Source of the DNA: Eledone cirrhosa
Lineage: Eukaryota
Direction: 5' to 3'
Length of the DNA: 64,000 bases
Assembly: GCA_964016885.1 (NCBI GenBank)
Contig: OZ024745.1
Location: 118,048,001 to 118,112,000, forward strand
Below the pieces are notes generated by a model. The model was not told the origin of the DNA. It saw only the letters and a list, made by a program, of their open reading frames with translations, and searched no databases. Of the stretch, positions 24,140 through 36,197 are shown piece by piece. Each line of letters starts with the position of its first letter. The first letter of the stretch is position 1. Position numbers and translations under genes: made by a program.

Positions 24140-25540
24140 CTAACAGTGCTGCGATCGAATGTGGCTTTTTAGCCCAGCCAATGATCTAAAATGTCTTGCA
24201 CAGAGTCGGCAACCAAAACATTCACTGGGAATAGTCGGCTGTGGTTGGAGTTCGTGTACTTTTGCATGTCGCTTGAGCCCTCCTGCTGATTTACATTCTC
24301 TACCACATGTTTGGCAAGCATGATGAGTAGCATTTCCAACAGCAGCCTGGTAGTCAACCACTGGTCTTACTTTATGACTGCGAAGATGACTTTCGAGTCC
24401 AGCTTTGCTTAGGCAGAGTCTCGCACAGACGCTGCATGTCAGCACCATAGGAGGACCCTCGCCGTCTGGAAGTGCAACAGCAATGCCCTTCCTCACATCC
24501 CGCTTTACTTTCTCGTGTGCGATTCGAGATGCCTCAAAGGCAACTTTTCCCTCATATACAGTCTTTCTCCATTTATTACGATCAGCAGCAATATTTTCCC
24601 ATGTATCAGCAGAGATGTTAGCGTCTTTCAGAGAGGCTTTCAAGGAATCCTTATACCTCTTTTTTGGTTTATGTGGCGGTCGTTTTCCTTTAAGCAACTC
24701 TCCATAGAAGAGTTGTTTTGGTATTCTAGAATCCTTCATCCTGGCAAGGTGACCACTCCAACGGAGTCGTTGCTTAAGCACAAGAGCTTCTATACTGTCA
24801 TACATAGAGCTTTCCAAAATCTCGACATCACTGATGTGGTCCCTCCAGTGAACGCCATGGATCCGTCTGAGACACATCTGATGGAAACGCAGGCATAAAG
24901 AAGACAAGAGAGTACACATGCCCTGTACACCTTTACCTTTGTCCTCCTGCATATGTCTCGCCGACCCAAGAGTCGCCTTTCTAGCTTTCCGAAAGCATCA
25001 CTTGCTTTCCTAATCCTAAGTGAGATTTCACCGTCAAGGTTGCCGTATCGATTGACAGTGCTTCCCAGGTAGACAAACTGATCAACCACTCCAAGTCGTT
25101 TGCCATACACATAGATGTTTGGTTCAGTGTACTGCTTACTAGGGGCAGGTTGGTACATGACGACGGTTTTCTTGAGACTGACAGTCAAACCCAGGGCAGT
25201 GCAAGCGTCAGAAAATGCATTCAAAATGTGCTGCATATCACTCTCTGTGTACGCTACAAGATCGCAATCATCTGCATACAAGAGGTCTCTTATGATTGAT
25301 GTAAATACTTTTGTCTTCGCAGCAAAGCGCCTGATGTTAAATATGCTGCCTGAGGTTCGATATCGGATGTAAACACCATGCTCGCAATTCCTGAATGCAA
25401 TACAGAAAACCATTGCAATTGATCTTCTCAGCTAGACAGCTCCAGGAGAAGTGCATTGAACAAGGCTTGGATCTGTATCAGGTTTTTGTCGATCTGACAA
25501 AAGCTTTCGATACTGTCAACAGAGATGCATTATGGAAGGT
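24140..25540 (-). mobile_element. RTE/BovB-like LINE, 5'-truncated and 5'-inverted, ORF ending in three C2H2 zinc fingers
   Basis: Minus strand: LLYADDCDL, FVYLGS, RLRWSGHLARM..RIPKQLFYGEL, then CSVC..HLRSH, CQTC..HAKVH, CRLC..HIRSQH. Plus strand 25415-25540: ARQLQEKCIEQ...FVDLTKAFDTV. Confidence 0.9.
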
Positions 25541-25585
25541 TCCCTTGTTCAGCGGAACTCACATATATATATATATCTATATATA

Positions 25586-25648
<63 letters not shown>

Positions 25649-25672
25649 AGATCAAAAGATGGTTAAAGGAGT

Positions 25673-25752
25673 TCCATATATTTTATTATGCGCATTTCAA
25701 AAACAAACATCATCAAGCAATAATATTTGTGTTTTCATCAGATAAAACAGGA
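25673..25752 (-). ncRNA. Type I hammerhead ribozyme
   Basis: Reverse complement: tgttttat CTGATGA aaacacaaatattatt-gctt-gatgatgtttgttttt GAAA tgcgca TA ataaaata. Confidence 0.85.
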
Positions 25753-25890
25753 GAACATGATATGAAGGCTAAAAAACACTTGTTGATAGTGCAGTTTTAA
25801 ATCAACATATGTTGATTTAAAACTGCACAACAATATGTTGATTTAAAACTGCACTATCAACAAGTGTTTTTTAGCCTTCATATCATGTTC

Positions 25891-25970
25891 TCCTGTTTTA
25901 TCTGATGAAAACACAAATATTATTGCTTGATGATGTTTGTTTTTGAAATGCGCATAAAAAAATATATGGA
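25891..25970 (+). ncRNA. Type I hammerhead ribozyme (mirror copy, one stem I mismatch)
   Basis: tgttttat CTGATGA ... GAAA tgcgca TA aaaaaata. Confidence 0.75.
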
Positions 25971-26090
25971 ACTCCTTTAACCATCTTTTGATCTTATATT
26001 ATGCATACTCCAGTCCCACAAACTGTAGAGTGCTTCTTATCCGATATCTGCATTGCTTTATTGTACTACAATAAAACTCACCTCCTACAT

Positions 26091-26529
<439 letters not shown>

Positions 26530-26532
<3 letters not shown>

Positions 26533-26970
26533 TGAAAAAGAACAAAGGAACTATTATGACATTATAACAAGTTTATTGCCGACAGCCGTTTCGTCCGACC
26601 CCATGGTGGGACTTATCAAGGCATATAACATGTGATTGCAAGATCATTGTTTACATCAACGTATCACTCAAGGCTAGCAGTTTGAAATTGTGGTATACAT
26701 CAGCAACTCCGCTTGTGTAGTTGGGGTCTATATTCTAAGGGGGCTCTTTTATAATAGTTGTCGGGGTCAGGGATTGAAGTTTAAAAATTAGACAATAATA
26801 TATAATTTACGCATCAACATTAAACTAAAAGAGTTGGGGTCCCGTAGAAGCACCTTAGAAAATCCCTCAATGAGTGCATAAAGCTTACAGGCTCCAATAA
26901 ACCTACTAGACTAGAATAAAATAAAAAAATTAAAATATAAAGTTTCCCTAAAAAATATATAAAGTTCCTA
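26530..26970 (-). mobile_element. Penelope-like element 3' fragment (GIY-YIG C-terminal-like remnant plus ribozyme)
   Basis: Minus frame LIFKLQSLTP (26791-26762) resembles the PLE endonuclease end WIxxLxTLxPxGLN and lies upstream of a hammerhead and AATAAA. Confidence 0.55.
26577..26623 (-). ncRNA. Type I hammerhead with U3-A8 core variant
   Basis: Reverse complement: tgcc TTGATAA gtcc-caccatggggtc-ggac GAAA cggctg TC ggca; GUC cleavage triplet. Confidence 0.85.
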
Positions 26971-27002
26971 TGAAATACCTTCTAGAGAAAAAAAAATTTT
27001 TT

Positions 27003-28200
<1,198 letters not shown>

Positions 28201-28204
<4 letters not shown>

Positions 28205-28800
28205 ATAATAATAAATTTGAAGACTAAAATCCAGAGAGGGCTCGATAAGGATAAATATATATCAAATATATAAGAACCGTAGAGCAAATATTTATTAAAA
28301 TAACTGATTAAAGTTTAAGCAAAGAATCGCTGCTTTCACCCTTAACGGGATCTTCTGAAACTAACAAAGTCAATCTGTAAACGCAGAAGTGGATATTTCA
28401 TAAAAACGTTGCAACCGGAGGAAGACAGGAAGACGATACTTTGGTTCGTGGAAACGTTCCCTGGCAAAGAACGGGAAAAAACGAATATAATACGTCATTA
28501 ATAGGAGCGGTGAAAAAAAATTACGCGCAAAGACAGAACCACGTTTATGGTATAAAAGAAGTCGTAGACTAATGTTCTCTTAGGTGGTTCATAGAGACGT
28601 TCTCTGGCAATGAACGGAAAAAACGAAGATAATACGTCATATGTGGAGCGTTGAGAACCATGCACGCAAAAACAAAACCACGTAAATGGTATAGCTGAAG
28701 TCGTAGACTAAATTCTAACTAGGAAACCGAAAGAATCTCCGCTTCAGAGTTAAGAATAAAGTAAATAAATACAATACAGAGGTAATAGAAATTAAATAAA
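28201..28800 (-). mobile_element. Longest copy of family F (tail, ribozyme-like core, internal ~143-bp tandem repeat)
   Basis: 28201-28360 is homologous to 20690-20843; repeat units start at ~28451 and ~28594. Confidence 0.7.
28312..28362 (-). ncRNA. Hammerhead-like fold with non-canonical CAGAAGA core
   Basis: Reverse complement: agttt CAGAAGA tccc-gttaa-gggt GAAA gca-gcgattctt-tgc TT aaact; three stems can form. Confidence 0.55.
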
Positions 28801-29325
28801 TGCATACACACATTCAAATACGTACATACGCAAGCATACGCAAAACACTTGCCATAGGTATACAAAACCACGCACATATAAATATGTGCGTGTGTGTGTG
28901 CGTGTATACATATAAATAATTAAATAAACGTATATAAATAAATAAATACGTATATAACAAGCGCACCCACATACCTACATGTAAATACACAAATGTTTGA
29001 AGACGTAATTCAGCCAAAACATGAAGTCCACATATACACACACCCTACATACGTACGAACCTGCATACACACGCAGACGCAAAACTCACGTATACACATA
29101 CCCAAACCATATGTACCAGAAAATATAAAAATGTATACGCCACAACATAATCAATCAAATATACGTATGAGAAAGTATACGTACCTTCACAAAACATACA
29201 GGTAATATATACTTACCTATGCAAATAAGTAATGGTATAAACAAAACATATACTTAGCTACCACATCAAGACGTAAGTCTTCCACCTTCAGCGCCCAGGT
29301 CTCACTACCATGCAGCATCGCTGTT

Positions 29326-29384
<59 letters not shown>

Positions 29385-29387
29385 ATG

Positions 29388-29438
<51 letters not shown>

Positions 29439-29439
29439 C

Positions 29440-29935
29440 ATATGAGGGCTGTAAACTCTGCTAAGAGTATTGCAATCGCTTGTCAGATTATAGCGTTTGG
29501 TGCACTTTTAGGCTACGGCCAGCCACACAAACCTGTAACATATCCTGTAACAAGCAATGCTTTGAAGGTTTTTTTAAGTGGGGAAAGGCCTTGCACTTGA
29601 CCAATCCCACTCTCTGAGCATCGAAAACACTACCTGAAAAGGAGAACTGGTCAACATCATCGGATGCTTCCAAAGCCGCAGGTTTTTTCAGAGTTTCCCT
29701 CTCCTAGAAAGGTGTTGTGACAACAACTGGGGGCCTTTCACTCCCAGGTTAAAAAAAAACAAATAAACAAAAGAAATACTATTTGGATGGCCGTTGACTC
29801 CACCTTTCGCTGGGTATTGTATTTCATCCCGCAGGGTGTCCAAATATCACCCTCCTCACCAAGAAAGCTATTGGGGTTGCCAGTTTAATCGCCGACGACC
29901 CGACCATGAGACAAGTTGTACTGGGTCACATATTC
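29440..29935 (-). mobile_element. Unclassified dispersed repeat homologous to 3270-3745
   Basis: Reverse-complement block similarity. Confidence 0.7.
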
Positions 29936-30399
29936 ACATATACGTGTGTGTGTGTACATGCATATGTGTGTGAGTGTATCTTTCTATTTGCTCTCCTCTT
30001 GTTTTTCTTTCACAGACTACCTTAATGATATTCTTGTCTAAGATGGCATAAGACGCTGCATAATTAAGTAATTAATTATTTGCAAAAAATAAAGTATAGT
30101 TTTATCGTTTTTTTTCAATTCTATTTACATGTTTTGGTTATTACTTATTCTCTTTCCCCAGGTTTTCTGGAACATTTTCAGTTTTATCAGTCATGGCAAG
30201 CCTCCCACCCCCACCACTTTGTGTTAGTGTAGCAATGAAATTCACTCAGTAGAGAGCAAGATCTTATGAAAGTGAGAGACAAGCACCTGACTCATCTGAC
30301 CTGATCTGTTGACATCCCATCCAATCCATGCTAGTGAAAACAGATTTTAAATAATGCTGATGATACATACATATATTACTGTGTTCTTACAGCTAAATA

Positions 30400-31400
30400 C
30401 TCCTGTGCCACACACAAAATCTATTTTCCCAGTTAAACTGCCTGTCATCCCTCTACACCTAATAGATGCACTCTATTGCATTCCTGCAAATTGAGCTTGA
30501 CCATTTCCCAGATGACAGCATGATCATGTTTCCTTTCCTACTTACTTAGACTCGGATCGTCTTTGCTAATTTTACCCTAAGGCTTTCAATTTCAGGTTTT
30601 GCTTCCATGTTTGGGACTTCTCTAAATCTTCTCAAGATTTGAATATAAATGATTGGTCATTAGCATATAGGAGTTCCCATAGACAACTAGTTTTAAACTA
30701 CTCTGTTATAGCTCAGAGAATTGTAAAAATGTGAGCATGCTGAGGATAGTATCTTGAGAAATACAGAGCTGCACGTTGAATTCCTTACTAAACTCATTGC
30801 CTACTCTCACTTTGTTGACAGCACCTCTGTACATGGCTTTCGCTGCTTTCACAAACCACTCATGTACATATAGTTTTCTTCAGGTCCATCAGACTGCAGA
30901 TCATAGTAATCTGACAAAGACTTTTTCCAGATCTGTAAGAGCTAGGTATAGTAGGTTACTCTTAGTTCAAAACTTCTCTTGTAGTTATCTCACTAAAAAG
31001 GAGGCACTAGTGATACTCCTTCATGAAACAAAACAAAACTGTATTTCATCTAATCTAATTCTTTTCCTAATTAGTTCTGCTAAGATTCTTTCATCTACTT
31101 TCAAAACTTGATTAATCAGTGTAATGTCTCTTAACCTGCTTCTTTTAAAAGCATCAGCTTTTCTCTTGTAACAATTAATGATCATGCTGCTACACCAGTC
31201 ATTGGAAATGACACCATTATGTATTGACTGGTTGGCTAGGCAAGAGATTAACTCAAACCCTTGGCGTCTTAGCAACTACCTTTAATGATACAGCTAATAT
31301 TTCCATTTTCACATCCCTTCTATTGAGTCTCTTTCTTTAACACATTCTTCACATTCAGCAGCCTCTCTTACTAACATTTCCAAGCTTCTATTTTTTTAGT
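30400..31400 (-). pseudogene. Degenerate RTE RT fragment
   Basis: ISNDWCSSMIINCYK...ITLINQVLKVDERILAELIRKRIRLDEIQFCF...WELLYAND. Confidence 0.8.
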
Positions 31401-31969
31401 GTTGCTGGTGTAGTTCCAAACACACTATTCTCCAGCAGGTATTGGGAGAGCTTATCTCAACCCTTTAACATTTATATTACTCTATATATACTATTGTATT
31501 TTTGTGGTAAAGGCTTTATCTTACATAATTATCTCACATAATATCAAATCTACGAGATTTTGATATTTATTTTGAGAACAATACCTTAACATCAGTATGA
31601 GTGGCCAGTTATGGCAGAAAGGGATAAGAGAATTCTGGCAAGATATGGTGATGACAAAGGATCGCTATGAGTGGAAGGAAGCTGTGCTAGAAACGAAGTG
31701 TTCAAGCATTGAAAAACAGATATAAACAGATGATGATGATGATGATGATGACGACAACATATTGATTCACACTAACACACTGCTTTGCAATGTATAACAT
31801 CTCACTCCTCTCATCCTTACAATGCAGAACATTGGCAAACCTCTTGCTTTCAGCTTCTAGTATATATATATATATGCGAGCAAGACAATCACTCTTGCCT
31901 CAAGTGGGAAAACCCCCGTCCAAACCCATGCAAGCGTGGAACACGGACGTTAAACGTTGATGATGATGA

Positions 31970-31999
<30 letters not shown>

Positions 32000-32003
<4 letters not shown>

Positions 32004-32160
32004 GATATTAACAAATGGAAACTATATTTATAAAACCATATTTATATTAAGCCATATTTGTTAATATCGTATTGTTACTCCAATTATTTGTTGAGTGCTT
32101 TATATCAGTTATAAAAATATTTGCTTGTTGTATCCCAGCAATTTAAATAGAACTTTTACA
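32000..32160 (+). mobile_element. Short fold-back plus tail (family shared with 34577-34810 and 52745-54147)
   Basis: Arms atacgatattaacaaat / atttgttaatatcgtat; tail TACTCCaa..ttGAGTGCT; flanked by (TA)n. Confidence 0.75.
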
Positions 32161-32175
32161 TATATATATATATAT

Positions 32176-32357
32176 ATAAAATAAAGTAATTAAGTCAAAT
32201 ATTTAAGATTTGGCTTCTTTAATAAACGAAGCCAAATCTTAAATATTTGACTTAATTACTTTATTTTACTCCGGAGTAACCAAACCAACCTGCATACTTC
32301 GTCAAGTGCTCCAATCTGCATACTGAGGTGTCGGTAAACAACCAACATATACTCAAA

Positions 32358-32358
<1 letters not shown>
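32176..32358 (+). mobile_element. ~42-bp perfect hairpin plus tail between (TA)n tracts
   Basis: taaaataaagtaattaagtcaaatatttaagatttggcttc / gaagccaaatcttaaatatttgacttaattactttatttta; tail TACTCCGGAGT...AAGTGCT. Confidence 0.75.
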
Positions 32359-32393
<35 letters not shown>

Positions 32394-32682
32394 ATCTTAT
32401 GGTTGTAGTCTTCAACACATAAATGATGCTATCTCTGGTTTCAAACCCTGCATGTATGCTAGATTACAAATTTGCTCAGATACCTGTAGCATTATCTTTC
32501 AGGTAACTATAAACAATATACACATATACATAAGTAAACATTCAAATCTGAAGAAGTGTTGATTAAGACCTTTGACTAGCATAGTAACTACAAGTTACTC
32601 ACATAATAACCTATATATATATCTATATATATATATATATACATATATATATGCATATATAATTATGCATATATATATATGC

Positions 32683-32717
<35 letters not shown>

Positions 32718-32718
<1 letters not shown>

Positions 32719-33670
32719 GCATTAAATTAATCGACCAGGTCATGAAGGTCACAGAAAAAGTAATAGCGCAACTAATCAGAGAGAGAATTGATCTAGATGA
32801 AATGCAGTTCGGATTTGTGTCAGGTAAAAGTACCACAGACGCTCTTTTCATTGTACGACAACTACAGGAGAAGTACCTAGCTAAAAGTAAACCCCTATAC
32901 TTAGCTTTTGTCGACTTGGAGAAAGCCTTCGACAGAGTCCCCCGTTCCATTATCTGGTGGGCTCTTAGAAAACTAGGTGTTGATGAATGGCTTGTGAGAG
33001 CTATACAAGCTATGTATAAAGAAACAGTCAGCAAGGTGAGAATTATCAACGAATATAGTGAAGAGTTTAGCGTAAAAGTTGGTGTTCATCAGGGCTCCGT
33101 TCTTAGCCCCCTACTATTTATTATTGCCCTTCAGGCTATAACAGTGGAGTTCAAGACCGGCTGCCCATGGGAACTTCTATACGCAGATGATCTAACGCTT
33201 ATAGTTGAATCAATGGCCGAACTAGAGAAGAAATTCCAAACATGGAAGCATGGCCTAAGGCCTTAAAATTAACCTGTCTAAGACTAAAGTTCTAGTTTGT
33301 AGGAAGGAAAATAGGGCACTGGTCCCATCCGGGAAATGGCCATGCTCAGTGTGTAGGAAAGGAGTAGGTAGAAACTCCATTTTATGTCCCAAATGCAAAG
33401 TATGGGTGCATAAAAGATGTAGTGGGATCACAGGTAAGCTAACTAAGAACATAGATTTTATATGTGGCCGGTGCTCTGGTGCAATAAGTAACAGCAAGTG
33501 CCCACAGAATACTAGCTCATTCCATTGCACAGATGGTTCTATAGAAATAGTGGAGACCTTCCGTTACCTGGGTGACAAAATCAGCAGTGGTGGAGGGTGC
33601 TCTGAAAGTACAGTAGCTAGAGTCAGAACTGGAAGGAAAAAGTTCAGAGAGCTAATACCACTATTGGCTG
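32718..33670 (+). pseudogene. RTE LINE reverse transcriptase region (frameshifted)
   Basis: QFGF...STTDA...FVDLEKAFDRV...GVHQGSVLSPLLF...LLYADDL, cysteine-rich insert (CRKGVGRNSILCPKCKVWVHKRC), FRYLG. Confidence 0.92.
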
Positions 33671-33777
33671 TATTATTGACTAAAGGAATTTTAGCCTGAT
33701 AATGGGGTTCAGAACCCTCAGATAAATGGAAAAAGATGAGTATTGACGTATATATATATATATATATATATATATAA

Positions 33778-34423
33778 GAGGGATCAGATGTTGTTTACTC
33801 GAGAAAAGACTACGTTGGTACGGTCACGTAATGCGCATGAAAGACGACAGCTGTATAAAAAAGTGCAGGGCGATAAAAATAGACGGTAGTCACGGAGTAG
33901 GCAGACCCAGAAAAACCTGGGACGACTTGATAAATTCCGACCTCACACACTTACACCTCTCCAAGACAATGTCACTGGACCGAGATCTTTGGCGCTACAC
34001 AGTAATACAGAAGACCTGCCTTACCTAAGTACAAAGTGAAACCTACTACAGTCAGTAGGCACCTCTAACAAAATACACCCCCGTCCCACTATCCCCACCC
34101 CATCCACACCACCCCTTTCAATGTAAAGTTATGTTGGTACCACAACATCCAGTCCGAAACAAATGAGGTCGTGTAGGTGTCACGACAAAAAAAACACACA
34201 GTCCACGCTGTAATGTGGCCGTGTAGGTAACACGGTAAAAACCTCCCAGTCCACACTGTAAACGTGGTTGGTGTTAGGAAGGGCATCCAGCCGTAGAAAA
34301 CCCGCCAGACAGTCCTATGCTAGCGAGACAACCACTCTTGCCTCAAGTGGGAAAACTCCCGTCCAAACCTATGCAAGCGTGGAAGATGGACGTTAAACGA
34401 TGATGATGATGATGATGATGATG

Positions 34424-34425
<2 letters not shown>
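33778..34425 (+). mobile_element. RTE 3' end with 3'UTR and (GAT)n tail
   Basis: RLRWYGHVMRM...GRPRKTW; ggttggtgttaggaagggcatccagc; gacgttaaacgatgatg. Confidence 0.9.
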
Positions 34426-34472
<47 letters not shown>

Positions 34473-34541
34473 CATATATATACATATATATACATACATA
34501 TATATATAAATATATATATATATATTTATGTATATGTATTT

Positions 34542-34576
<35 letters not shown>

Positions 34577-34810
34577 AGCAAAGGGATATTTAATTTGTTG
34601 GTAATTCAACAAATATAAATGTTTATAACTGATAAGAAGCACTCGACAAGTTTTCTGGAGTATAATATCAATGATATTAATAAATGGAAACTATATTTAT
34701 AAAACCATATTTATTCTATTATATATATATCAAGGGTACCAAAACTTTGCTATGCTCTCATCAGATAAAATACAAAGTTTGTTTTATAAATATTGACATA
34801 TCCAGGAATG
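34577..34810 (-). mobile_element. pLTR-like element with a mutated hammerhead (34712-34772)
   Basis: Reverse complement tattttat CTGATGA gagc...ctt GATA tatata TA atagaata (GAAA changed to GATA); homologous to 54039-54147. Confidence 0.65.
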
Positions 34811-34941
34811 AGATCTTAACGGTTCAAGTTTTTCTTTGTGTATATATATATACTTATGTATGTGTGTGTATATATATATATATATACACAAATATACAAA
34901 CAAATGGTCTTTAGTTAATATCTGTTAAGAGTTGGGTTTAA

Positions 34942-35149
34942 CCCCTTCGTAACCATATACCTAATGAGATACACTCTATTTCAATTTATTAATTACAAAT
35001 TTTGAAAGATTTCTAGTTATTATTTTATTACTAAGATGTTTCTCATATAAAATTATATTAGATATTAATTTAAATAGGAATACTTTAAAATGGGTGGTTT
35101 TACATTCATAGAACCAGAGACCACTTTGAACAGGTTGGTATCAAGAGGG
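34942..35149. mobile_element. piggyBac-type MITE
   Basis: TTAA on both sides; imperfect TIR ccccttcgtaacc / ggtatcaagaggg. Confidence 0.55.
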
Positions 35150-35439
35150 TTAAGGGACAAAATGTAGCATTGGTTATTACTGATGATGGCAATGGACATT
35201 GAGTTGCCAATGCAGCCTTGAACTATGTTATTAAAGTCACACGTAGCATATATCTGAAGCACCTATTCTCATGTTCATAACCTTTATTTATGATATTTAA
35301 AGAATATACGAATGCACTTTGTAAGAACTAATTCACAATGTTCGTTACAAGTATGAAACTACACTCTTGACAGGTGCAATGTGTCCAAACACGGAAGAGC
35401 CGAACTCTCCACCATCATCGCCTCCATCTCTCTGTATAG

Positions 35440-35770
35440 TGAGCAAATGGGGTCCCATATGCTGGCCACCCCACAGCCCTGGAGGACAGAATGAAAAAGG
35501 CATTTCCCTGGATGATGGTAAGGGAGATGCGCTGGAAGAGCCATTCCATCTCGCGAGGCTCACACCTGCGGCTGGCTAGCTCAGCACCTATGGTGGTGAG
35601 TAGGGAGGTAGTCCTAGGGCCAAGGACACCAGAAGTCTCCACTGCCAAGGGCACCACCGCAAACCTGCCGGAGAGTGAGCGGTACATGATATTGATGTCA
35701 TTGAATCTTTAGATCTCAAATTTACTGATTCTCCAGTAGCACATCTCAAATTTGATGTTGCCAGGATTTT
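35440..35770 (-). pseudogene. C-terminal restriction-like endonuclease region of a CRE-like non-LTR retrotransposon
   Basis: FAVVPLAVETSGVLGPRT..LL..IGAELA...EPREMEWLFQRISLTIIQGNA fits the recalled FxPxAxETxG...QRLSxAIQRGNA motif. Confidence 0.7.
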
Positions 35771-35999
35771 TTCTCCAGTTGGCTAGATAGTTCCTCTTTA
35801 CGCATGGAAGGCCTGAACTTCAGTGTATTCCAGGTTCGTACATGAATGCTTCATGTATCAACCAAAGGTCATTAAGTAAGGATAGGATGGAGGTATATGT
35901 AAAAATATACAGGTATATATATTATATAAGCACAAACACACACACATATATATGTATCATCATCATATCATCATCATCATTGTTATCAGAATGGGGGCA

Positions 36000-36185
36000 G
36001 TAAAAACCTGTTAGATCATTACTCACCAGAGTACTCAATACTTGAGGTAGTAGAGTGGGTAATATGAAAAATGCGGGACCCCAATGGCTAAGCTCCTGCT
36101 GTTTCAACAGCTAGATCCGAACAAAGTTTGGATCTAGCTGTTGAAACGGCTGGAGCTTAGCCATCGGTGTCCCAAATTCTTCATA
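36000..36185 (-). mobile_element. Fold-back plus tail, related to 52447-52641
   Basis: Imperfect hairpin 36062-36184. Reverse-strand tail attacccactctactacctcaagtattgagtact is nearly identical to 52562-52595. Confidence 0.75.
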
Positions 36186-36197
36186 TATATGTGTGTG

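Larger units (their letters stand above)
25641..26090 (+). mobile_element. Fold-back pLTR-like element: ~175-bp inverted arms plus ~90-nt tail, inside (TA)n
   Basis: ataatataagatcaaaagatgg... / ...ccatcttttgatcttatattat, near-perfect. Tail has TACTCC...GAGTGCT. Homolog at 54163-54320. Confidence 0.85.

Noticed and set aside
24140-24952. Host C2H2 zinc-finger gene
   Set aside because: The fingers are in frame with RTE reverse-transcriptase C-terminal motifs and lack TGEKP linkers, so they belong to the LINE.
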